DNA of 64,000 bases from an uncultured Acidobacteriota bacterium (lineage in GTDB: Bacteria; Acidobacteriota; Vicinamibacteria; Vicinamibacterales; JAKQTR01): positions 234,523-298,522 of the forward strand of contig CAWEYM010000001.1 in NCBI GenBank assembly GCA_963813325.1, written 5' to 3'. The notes under the pieces were generated by a model. It was given only the letters and a program-made list of their open reading frames with translations, searched no databases and had not been told where the DNA came from. The position numbers and the translations under genes were made by a program. Each line of letters starts with the position of its first letter. Position 1 is the first letter of the stretch. Of the stretch, positions 1-10,543 are shown in pieces.

Positions 1-163
1 GGTCAACGCGCTCGCCCAGTATCTCGATCTCGAGCCGGTCGAGCGACAGGCGCTGCTCGAATGCGAAGGCGTCGCGGCCCGGTGCCGCGCCCTGGTCGAG
101 CTGCTCGAGATGAAGGTCATCCTGGGCTCGGCGGCGCCCGGCGCGACCTGGTCGTCACACTGA
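1..163 (+). CDS. 3' end of a CDS cut by the window edge; the tail resembles the C-terminus of stand-alone LON N-terminal (substrate-binding) domain proteins
   Basis: Frame 2 is open from the window edge to TGA at 161-163. It reads VNALAQYLDLEPVERQALLECEGVAARCRALVELLEMKVILGSAAPGATWSSH*. The family call is from memory of similar tails and is weak. Confidence 0.4.
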   Translation, partial: VNALAQYLDLEPVERQALLECEGVAARCRALVELLEMKVILGSAAPGATWSSH

Positions 164-264
164 CCCCGGAGCTCTCTTGTGATGAGTACGGTCGGTCCGG
201 GCACGCGGGCTGAAGCCCGCGCGCGACGTTCCCGGTGAGTGCTCAACTCAACTGAGCGCCGGGC
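164..264 (+). repeat. Copy A of a ~100-bp MITE/REP-like intergenic element with imperfect terminal inverted repeats and a central GC hairpin
   Basis: The sequence runs CCCCGGAGCTC...GTGATGAGT...TCCGGGCACGCGGGCTGAAGCCCGCGCGCGAC...TTCCCGG...CTCAACTCAACTGAGCGCCGGG. It matches the reverse complements of 16919-17019 and 29760-29859 block for block. It starts on the base after the TGA at 161-163. Confidence 0.85.
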
Positions 265-302
265 CTGGCGCGGGCAGGCGCGTCATCGGCTACGATCACG
301 AC

Positions 303-1325
303 ATGACCCCACACGTGCACGACCTCCTCATCGTCGGCGCCGGCCCCGCCGGCCTCGCCACGGCCATCGCCGCCGGGCAGGCGGGCTTCGACCACCTCGT
401 CATCGACAAGGGCGGCGTCGTCGACGGCATCTTCCGGTTCCCACGGCACATGGTGTTCTTTACGACGCCGGAGCTGCTGGAAATCGGCGGCCTGCCGTTC
501 GTCAGCCCGTACGAGAAACCCACCCGGCTGGAGGCCCTGAAATACTACCGGCGCGTGGTCGACGCGTGGCGGATCCCGCTCGCGCTCGATGAGACCGTGA
601 TCGCCGTGCGGCCCGCGGCGGACGACGGGACTGCCCGATTCGCGGTGCGCACGCGCCCAGGCCTGGGCGATGAACGCGAACGCCTCGCCCGCGCGCTGGT
701 CCTGGCGACCGGCTACTACGATCATCCGAACCGGCTGGGCATCCCGGGTGAGGACCTCCCGCACGTGTCGCACTACTACACCGAGGCCCATCCCTACTAC
801 CGCCGCGCGGTGGTCGTGGTCGGCGGCAAGAACTCGGCGGCGGAAGCCGCACTCGAGTTGTACCGGTCCGGCGCGCGGGTCACGCTCGTGCACCGCGGCG
901 ATCGCCTCGGCGATTCGATCAAGTACTGGGTGAAGCCCGACATCGAGAATCGCATCGCCGAGGGTACGATCCCGGCCCGGTTCAACACGCGCGTCCGCGA
1001 GATCCGGCGCACGTCGATGGTCGTCGAGACCGAAGGGCGGGTCGACGAGATCCCGGCCGACGCCGTGCTGCTGCTGACCGGCTACCACCCCGACTTCGCG
1101 CTGCTCGAGGCAGCCGGCGTGCGCGTCGACGCCACGCGACGGCAGGCGCAGTACGATCCGGACACATTGGAGACGAACGTACCGGAGCTGTTCCTGGCCG
1201 GCGGGGTGATTTCGGGCCGGGACACGAGCCCGATCTTCATCGAGAACGGGCGCTATCACGGCGAACGGATCGTGCGGACGCTGGCCGCGCGCTGGGGTCG
1301 ACCGGCTCCGGCGGCCGGGGCCTGA
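303..1325 (+). CDS. FAD-dependent pyridine nucleotide-disulfide oxidoreductase, YpdA-family (putative bacillithiol disulfide reductase-like)
   Basis: 340-aa ORF. It has an N-terminal GAGPAG dinucleotide fold, a second VVVVGGKNSAAEAALEL fold, and a FFTTPELLEIGGLPF...KPTRLEALKYYRRV block that I recall from YpdA-type reductases. Confidence 0.75.
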   Translation: MTPHVHDLLIVGAGPAGLATAIAAGQAGFDHLVIDKGGVVDGIFRFPRHMVFFTTPELLEIGGLPFVSPYEKPTRLEALKYYRRVVDAWRIPLALDETVIAVRPAADDGTARFAVRTRPGLGDERERLARALVLATGYYDHPNRLGIPGEDLPHVSHYYTEAHPYYRRAVVVVGGKNSAAEAALELYRSGARVTLVHRGDRLGDSIKYWVKPDIENRIAEGTIPARFNTRVREIRRTSMVVETEGRVDEIPADAVLLLTGYHPDFALLEAAGVRVDATRRQAQYDPDTLETNVPELFLAGGVISGRDTSPIFIENGRYHGERIVRTLAARWGRPAPAAGA

Positions 1326-1569
1326 CCCCGGGCCGATCCAGGACCGCCAATTCCGACCATTTTGGACGGTGCTGACGGGATTCCCGTGCCCGGTCAGCCG
1401 GCCAGGCGCCCACTCAGTCCGCCTTGACGCCCGCCCGCTGAAAAATGCGAGGCGCCGGCGAACCGCCCACCTATCATGAAGTTACACGCGACAGGCAAGG
1501 CCCTCAGGCTCCCGGGCGGGAGCTCCAGTTGCGCCCTGTCGTGCCATCGATTGCAGCGAGGAGAGAGGC

Positions 1570-3663
<2,094 letters not shown>

Positions 3664-3754
3664 CCAGGGCGGCCGGGCGACGCGGGCGGGCCGGTCCCCG
3701 GTCCTCCCGCCTGCCTCGGCCGGGGCCGGCGTGGCCGCCGCACGCGCCACACGG

Positions 3755-4453
3755 TCAGCGGCGGACCGGGGCTCTCTTCGGCGCCTTGCGCGGCACCGGC
3801 TTCTTCGCCGGCGCCTTCTTCGGCTGCGGCTGGTACTCCACCTTGACGTCGCTGATCAGCGCGATCGGCCTCCCGGGCGCGACGAACAGCTCGTCGCCGT
3901 CCGCGCGGCGCACCGCGAGCTTCTCGCCCAGCAGGCACACCTCAGTCACGTTCTCCGGGATCTCCGCCCGCACCGGCTCGTCGCCCGTCGGCGCCACGGC
4001 CTTGACGCCGCTCGGTCCCGCGCCGCCCGACACCCGGTCGAACAGGTCCGCCGCCGTGCGGAACTCGTTCTGCACGACCTCCCGCGTCAGCAGCGTGTTG
4101 TCCATCGTGAGGATGCCGATCGTCGCGGTCAGGCGGGCGTAGGCCTTGCGGGCTCGCACCTGCTCCTCGGAGTAGGTGAACCGGTTGTGGAGATCGAAGG
4201 ACAGGATGGCTGGTCCCTTGTGCGGAGGGATCCGGATCAGGATGCCGTCGGCCGGCGTCCGCCCGATGGGCACGTCACAGAACAGCCGCTTGGTCGTGAC
4301 GCCTGTCCCGAGAGGAGACGGGCACTGGAGGTCGGCCGGCTCCACCTTCGGCGCCGGCGGCGCGGCCGGGCGCCTGGCCGGCTTCCGCGTCTGGGCCGCG
4401 GAAGTGACCAACCCCAAGCCGGTGAACAGGATGGCGGTGAGCAGTCGTCGCAC
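3755..4453 (-). CDS. Secreted hypothetical protein with a Lys/Pro-rich C-terminal tail
   Basis: 232-aa ORF. The N-terminus MRRLLTAILFTGLGLVTSAAQ looks like a signal peptide. There is a conserved Cys pair, and the tail is PKKAPAKKPVPRKAPKRAPVRR. I recognise no family. Confidence 0.6.
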   Translation of the reverse strand: MRRLLTAILFTGLGLVTSAAQTRKPARRPAAPPAPKVEPADLQCPSPLGTGVTTKRLFCDVPIGRTPADGILIRIPPHKGPAILSFDLHNRFTYSEEQVRARKAYARLTATIGILTMDNTLLTREVVQNEFRTAADLFDRVSGGAGPSGVKAVAPTGDEPVRAEIPENVTEVCLLGEKLAVRRADGDELFVAPGRPIALISDVKVEYQPQPKKAPAKKPVPRKAPKRAPVRR

Positions 4454-4545
4454 GTCGTCAGTATAACGCGTCTCGGGCGCGGGCCGGACCGGGTTGCCTC
4501 ACGGCGAACGGTCGTGGTAGCCTCTCGGGTCCGGATGGTATACAG

Positions 4546-5238
4546 ATGGTACGCAAGAACCGCCGCGCCGCCCGCCAGTCCCCGTCCCGCGTCGATCTCG
4601 TCCTCCGCGAACTGAAGCAGCGGATCGCCGACGGCCGGTATCCTCCGGGCACGCCCCTGTCGGAGTCGCAGCTCGCCCGCGACCACGACGCCAGCCGGAC
4701 GCCGGTGCGCGAAGCGTTGTCCCGCCTCGTGCAGGAAGGCTACGTGCAGCGCCTGCCGGGCCGCGGCTACCTCGTCACCCCGATCACCGTTCGCCTCATC
4801 CAGGACACCTTCGAAGTCCGCCGCGTGCTCGAGGGCGCGGCCGCCGCGCGTGCGGCCGCGGACGCCACCGAGGGCGAGATCGCGCAGTTGCGCCAGCTGG
4901 CAGAGTTCCGCTATGCCGTGGGCGACGCCGCCAGCTACCGTTCCGCGCAGACCTACAACCGCAACTTCCACATGGCGGTCGTCGCGGCCAGCCACAACGC
5001 GCTCATCGTGGACCTGGTCCGGCACTGCCTCACGCAGATGGAACGCTTCATGTCCCTGGGCGTGAACTTCGATGCGTTTCAGGGCGGCGCCAGCGTCGAG
5101 CACAACGAGATCGTCGACGCCATCGCCGCCCGCACGGCCGATGCCGCGCGGGCCGCCATGGAGCGGCATCTCGATCGGAGCACGACCCTGCTCATGCGCG
5201 CGCTGGTGCGCGGAGAAATCCCCGGCCTCACGGTGTAG
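4546..5238 (+). CDS. GntR-family transcriptional regulator (FadR/FCD subfamily)
   Basis: 230-aa ORF. The wHTH block is LSESQLARDHDASRTPVREALSRLVQEGYVQRLPGRGYLV, followed by an all-helical FCD-like C-terminal domain. Confidence 0.85.
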   Translation: MVRKNRRAARQSPSRVDLVLRELKQRIADGRYPPGTPLSESQLARDHDASRTPVREALSRLVQEGYVQRLPGRGYLVTPITVRLIQDTFEVRRVLEGAAAARAAADATEGEIAQLRQLAEFRYAVGDAASYRSAQTYNRNFHMAVVAASHNALIVDLVRHCLTQMERFMSLGVNFDAFQGGASVEHNEIVDAIAARTADAARAAMERHLDRSTTLLMRALVRGEIPGLTV

Positions 5239-5240
5239 CC

Positions 5241-6446
5241 TTACGACAGCCACCAGATGCCGAACGCCAGCGTGGCCGCGGTCACCGGAAGGCCGACCCG
5301 CAGGTAGGCCCAGAACGAGATCGCGATCCCCCGGCGGCGGGCGCCTTCGACGACGATCAGGTTCGCGATCGACCCGAGCAGCGTCAGGTTGCCGGCGAGC
5401 GTGCTCGCCATGGCCAGCGCCAGCCACGAGCTGGACGGATCGGGCAGCTGCGGCACGATCCGCGACAGGAGCATCACGGCCGGCACGTTGCTGGCCAGGT
5501 TCGACAACAGCGCCGTGACGATGCTCAGGCCCCAGATCGACTCGACCCCGACCGGCCGCAGGAGATCGAGGAACCGGCGGTCCAGCCCCGCCCGCTCGAT
5601 GCCGGCGATCACCACGAACAGGCCGACGAACAGCATCAGCAGGCCCCAGTCGATCCGCGCGTACACCTTCTGCGGGTTGATCCGCCGCGTCACGAGGAGG
5701 ACGGCGACCGCCGCCGCCGACACCAGCGTCGTATCGATGCCGGCGAGGAAGGCGACGAGCACACCGGCGGCCACGAGCAGCGTCTTGACCGCCACCGCCC
5801 GGTGCGCCGGACGCGTCTCCTCCCGATCCCCGGCCGGCGCCGCGGCCGCGAGCTCGCCCCGGTAGACATACCAGAGGATGCCGGCGTCGATCGCCAGCCC
5901 GACCAGGGCCACGGGGGCCAGGGCCGCCGCGAACGGGCGGTAGCCGATCTGCGACAGGCTGCCAATCAGCATGTTCTGGGGGTTGCCCGTGATCGCGGCC
6001 ACGCTGCCGATGTTCGAGGCGGTCGCAAGGGCCAGGAGGTACGGCTCCGGGCTCTGGCGCCGCGTGCGCGCCACCTCGATCAGGACGGGCGTGAAGACGA
6101 GGCAGATGGTGTCGTTCACGAAGAGCGCCGACAGCGCGCCGGAGGCGAAAACGATCGCGACGAGCAGGCCCGCCGGCTGCCGCACCCGGGACACCACCCA
6201 CGCGGCCGTCGTGCGGAAGAACCGGGCCAGCTGGAGATGGGCGACGAGCACCATCATCCCGAACAACAGGACGAGCGTGCGGTAGTCGATCGCGCGGTAG
6301 GCCTCCTCGAGCGGCAAGCCGCCGACGACCACCATCAGGATCGCCCCGATGATGGCCGCGCCGGTCCGGTCGATCCGGAACAGCGGCGGCTGGCCCAGCG
6401 CGAGCACGAGATAGGTGCCGACGAAGATCAGGGCCGGGGCGATCAT
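5241..6446 (-). CDS. ArsB/NhaD-superfamily anion permease (YbiR-like)
   Basis: 401-aa polytopic ORF. Blocks AIDYRTLVLLFGMMVL and NIGSVAAITGNPQNMLIG are typical of the YbiR/CitMHS-type permease fold. Confidence 0.75.
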   Translation of the reverse strand: MIAPALIFVGTYLVLALGQPPLFRIDRTGAAIIGAILMVVVGGLPLEEAYRAIDYRTLVLLFGMMVLVAHLQLARFFRTTAAWVVSRVRQPAGLLVAIVFASGALSALFVNDTICLVFTPVLIEVARTRRQSPEPYLLALATASNIGSVAAITGNPQNMLIGSLSQIGYRPFAAALAPVALVGLAIDAGILWYVYRGELAAAAPAGDREETRPAHRAVAVKTLLVAAGVLVAFLAGIDTTLVSAAAVAVLLVTRRINPQKVYARIDWGLLMLFVGLFVVIAGIERAGLDRRFLDLLRPVGVESIWGLSIVTALLSNLASNVPAVMLLSRIVPQLPDPSSSWLALAMASTLAGNLTLLGSIANLIVVEGARRRGIAISFWAYLRVGLPVTAATLAFGIWWLS

Positions 6447-6483
6447 GGGTGTGCGGCCGGGCGCCGGACCGGTCGGGCCGTGG

Positions 6484-7035
6484 CTACGACGCGTGCTGGC
6501 GGATCAGTTCCAGGAACTCCGCCCGGGTGCGATCCCGCTCGCGGAACGCGCCCAGCATGGCGCTGGTCACGCAGAACGACCGCTGCTTCTCCACGCCGCG
6601 CATGGCCATGCACAGGTGCGTCGCCTCCATGACGACGGCCACCCCGAGCGGATCGGTCTTCGCCCTGATGGTCTCGGCAATCTGGTTGGTGAGGCGCTCC
6701 TGCACCTGCAGGCGCCGCGCGAACACGTCGACCAGCCGCGGGATCTTGCTGAGGCCGATCACGCGGGTCTTCGGGATGTACGCCACGTGGCACTTCCCGA
6801 AGAACGGCAGCAGGTGGTGCTCGCACAGGCTGAAAAAGTCGATGTCCTTGACGATGACCATCTCGCTGTAGTCGACCGTGAACAGCGCATCGTTCAGGAC
6901 CTCGTCCACGTTGGCGTGGTACCCGCTGGTCAGGAATCCCATGGACTTCGCCACGCGTTGCGGCGTGTCGCGAAGGCCCTCGCGGTCGGGATCCTCGCCG
7001 AGTTCCTGCAGCAGTTGCCGGATGAGAGTCTGCAT
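6484..7035 (-). CDS. folE: GTP cyclohydrolase I
   Basis: The C-terminal 183 aa of ORF 6484..7440 read [31 protein letters not shown]...[18 protein letters not shown]...[18 protein letters not shown] is at 7035. The upstream 135 codons are low-GC and not protein-like. Confidence 0.9.
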   Translation of the reverse strand: MQTLIRQLLQELGEDPDREGLRDTPQRVAKSMGFLTSGYHANVDEVLNDALFTVDYSEMVIVKDIDFFSLCEHHLLPFFGKCHVAYIPKTRVIGLSKIPRLVDVFARRLQVQERLTNQIAETIRAKTDPLGVAVVMEATHLCMAMRGVEKQRSFCVTSAMLGAFRERDRTRAEFLELIRQHAS

Positions 7036-7424
7036 CCGCGTAGTGTACCCCAGGACCTCCAGCCGGACGGGCGCCAGCGCCTCGCCGGCGACCGTCCGGA
7101 AGAAGAACCGCCGGGCAGCGTGCCGGGAGTCCCTCGCCGCCGGGCGGAACGATGGCAGCCGACCGACGTGGATGCAGAGGAGCAAATCCGACCGCATGGA
7201 TCCATATCGTTGGATCGACGATTCACCAATCCCTTGGATGATTGGCTGAACAGGTTGGTCATGGTCACGTAACATATTGAATCTAAAGAACGAACAGACC
7301 ATGCAAGGTTGGCATCGTGGATGCAATGAGGGGAGTGACTCGGGATCTGCTCTCTCCAGAGGGAAGGCAAGTCCCGAGCTTGTGTTTTGTTGTCTCGTTG
7401 GGTTGCCTGTTGAGGAGGATGGAT

Positions 7425-10422
7425 ATGCGATTTCGGACACTCGCCGTGTTGTTCCTGATGGTGCTGGCGGCGTTGCCGCTGGCCGCGCAGGAGCAGCGGG
7501 CGTCGATCGAGGGCGTCGTCAAGGACGCGTCGGGAGCGGTGCTCCCGGGCGTCACCGTCGAGGCCAAGAATCTCGAGGTCGGCTCGGTCGTCACGGCCGT
7601 CACGGACGGCAACGGGACGTTCCGGTTCCCGGCACTGGCGGCGGGCAACTACGAAGTCACTGCGAACCTGCAGGGCTTCAACACCGCCAAGTCTCAGACC
7701 GTGCCGCTGGCCCTCGGTCAGATCAAGAAAGTCGATCTGGCGTTGAGCGTAGCCGGCGTCGCCGAGAGCGTACAGGTGACGGCCGAGTCGCCGCTCATCG
7801 ACACGAAGCAGAGCGCGCGTGCCACGAGCATCCGCAGCGAGCAGATCGACCTGCTGCCGAAGGGCCGCGATTTCACGACCCTCGTCACGCAGGCCGCGGG
7901 CGCCAACCAGGAGACCAAGCTGGGCGGCATCTCGATTGACGGCGCGAGCGGCGGCGAGAACCGGTACATCGTGGACGGGGTCGAGACGACCAACCTGCAG
8001 AACGGCACGTCCGGCAAGGGCATCATCGCCGACTTCCTCGACGAGGTGCAGGTCAAGTCGAGCGGGTACACCGCCGAGTACGGCGGCGCCACGGGCGGCG
8101 TCATCAACGCGGTGACCAAGAGCGGCACGAACGCGTTCCGCGGCAGCGCGCGGTTCTACTGGACGGGTGACAAGCTCGAGGCCGGCTACAACAAGTCGCT
8201 CCGCCTCGCCCCGGCGAACAGCGATCTCGCCGAGTACCTGGACGTACCCGGAGGACAAGTACAACCGCGTGGAGCCGGGCTTCTCGATCGGCGGCCCGAT
8301 CTGGAAGGACAAGGCGTGGTTCTTCGCGGCGTACCAGCCGACGATGACCAAGACCATCCGCAACGTCTCCCCGGACACCGCGGGGACCACCACGGCGAGC
8401 ACCTTCAGCGACGTCACGCGGAAGGACCAGGCGCACAACTTCTCGGCCAACCAGACGGCGCAGATCGGCAACAGCCTGCGCACGCGCGTGGCCTACAACA
8501 ACAGCTGGGGCAAGCGGATCGGCCTGCTCCCGGCGCAGACGGGCGGAGACGCGGCCGGCACGAACTACGCCATCGACCGGACGTCCCCGAACTGGAGCCT
8601 CTCGGGCCAGGCCGACTGGGTGGTGAGGCCGAACCTGTTCGTCGGCGCGCGAGTCGGGTACTACTTCTCTGACTTCTTCGACGCCGGCGTGCCGGCCGAA
8701 CCGCGCTCGACGTTCTCGTTCAGCAACATCGACTTCGTCGGCACCAATGGCGTCGCCGTACCGGCGGCGTATCAGCACCCCACGGGGTACGCGAGCATCG
8801 CCCCCAACAGCTCGACCACGCGCGACCAGCAGACCCGCCTGAACTTCCAGGTCGATTCGACCCTGTATGTGAACGCGGGCGGCCAGCACACCATCAAGGG
8901 CGGCGTCCAGTTCGACCACGTCGGCAACAACGTGCTGTCGGGCGAACTGGGCAACCGCGTCACGATCCGCTGGGGCCAGCCCCTGCCAAATTACGGGACG
9001 GGGCCCTTCGGCTACTACTCGGTGCGCAGCAACGGCCCGTACCCGAAGCAGGGCTTCATTACGGAAGGCAACGTCACCACCAACAACATCGGCCTGTTCA
9101 TCCAGGACGCCTGGACCGTCAACAACAAGCTGACCGTCAACCTCGGCCTCCGGACCGAGAGTGAGAAGGTCCCGGCGTATTCCTCGGGGCCGGACATTCC
9201 CGCCTATGGCGTCGAATTCCCGTTCAGCGAGAAGCTGGCACCGCGCGTGGGCTTCGCCTATGACCTGAACGGCGACGGCAAGTGGAAGGCTTACGGGTCG
9301 TGGGGCATCTTCTACGACATCTTCAAGCTGGAGCTGCCGCGCGGGTCGTTCGGCGGTGACAAGTGGCTCGAGTACTACTACACGCTCGACACGTACGCGT
9401 GGGACACGCTGACCGCCGGGGCCAGCTGTCCTCCGGCCTGCTCGGGCACGCTCATCCGCGGCCCGATCGACTTCCGGCACCCGTCGTTCGGCTCGGACGC
9501 GATCGACCCGAACCTGAAGCCCATGAAGAGCGAAGAGATGTCGTTCGGCCTCGAGCACCAGCTCTCGCCGACGATGGCCCTCTCGGCCCGGTACGTCCGC
9601 AAGTGGCTGGACAGGGCCATCGAGGACACGGGGTCGCTCGACGCGGAAGGCAACGAGATTTACATCATCGCGAACCCGGGCTTCGGCCTGACCGAGTTGG
9701 CCTACGTCGACCCGAATGTCCCCATGCCGAAGGCGAAGCGGCAGTACGACAGCGTGGAGGTGGCCTTCACGAAGAACCTGTCGGACAGCTGGTACTTCCG
9801 GGGGAGCTACCTGTGGAGCCGTCTCTACGGGAACTACTCCGGCCTGTCGCAGTCCGATGAGAACGGCCGGACCAGCCCGAACGTCGGCCGCGCGTTCGAC
9901 TATCCGGCGATGATGTTCGATGGCAAGGGCCAGGCGGTTTACGGCCCGCTAGCCACTGACCGTCCGCACCAGGTCAAGGCGCAGTTCATCTACCAGCTGC
10001 CCTTCGGCACGTCGATCGGCCTCAACGAGTACATCGCGAGCGGCATCCCGGTGACTCGTGAAGTCGGCATCCTCCCGACGAGCAACTACCCGGTGCAGTA
10101 CCTGGGCCGTGGCAGCGACGGGCGGATGCCGGTCCTCTCACGGACCGACCTGAGCCTCCAGCACGCGTTCAAGGTGGGCGGCAACAAGCAGTTGCAGCTG
10201 GAGCTGAACGTGCTCAACCTGTTCAACCAGCGCATCGCGACCAACCGGTTCATCACCATGCAGAAGGCGGACGGCATCACCTTCGATGAGGCCGCCTTCT
10301 ACCAGGGCCAGGTCAACTTCGACCCATTGATCGCGGCGATGGCGAAGGATCCGCGCTTCCTGATGAACAACGGGTACCAGGATCCTCTGGCGGCCCGCTT
10401 CGGCGTGAGGTTCCTGTTCTAG
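7425..10422 (+). pseudogene. TonB-dependent receptor with N-terminal carboxypeptidase-regulatory-like domain, interrupted by a single frameshift near 8241-8245
   Basis: GGAGG RBS at 7414-7418 and signal peptide [22 protein letters not shown]. The CarboxypepD_reg-like block [18 protein letters not shown] and the plug region are in frame 0 up to ...NSDLAEYLD. The homologous sequence then continues in frame +1 as TYPEDKYNRVEPGFSIGGPIWKDKAWFF and runs to the terminal ...FGVRFLF. Confidence 0.7.
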
Positions 10423-10477
10423 TGTGAGTCGTCTCCGTCGCCGCGGGGCCGGTCCCGCGGCTGCGGATCGTGCTGAC

Positions 10478-10515
10478 GCCCCGCATGCCCTCTCGGCATG
10501 CGGGGCATTTTCTTG
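10478..10515 (+). terminator. Rho-independent terminator after the TonB-dependent receptor
   Basis: A 12-bp perfect stem, GCCCCGCATGCC / GGCATGCGGGGC, with a 5-nt loop, is followed by ATTTTCTTG. Confidence 0.8.
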
Positions 10516-10543
10516 TACGGGCCGCGCCGAGAGCGGACCGGCG

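Noticed and set aside
4237-6201. A 654-aa minus-strand ORF overlapping the GntR and permease genes
   Set aside because: It is out of frame with the YbiR-like permease and antisense to the GntR gene. It has no domain signatures and shadow-frame composition.
7036-7440. A 135-codon N-terminal extension of the folE ORF
   Set aside because: The extension is low-GC, Ser/Pro/Cys-rich and unlike any GTP cyclohydrolase I. The conserved protein begins at the ATG at 7035. The region is treated as intergenic/regulatory.
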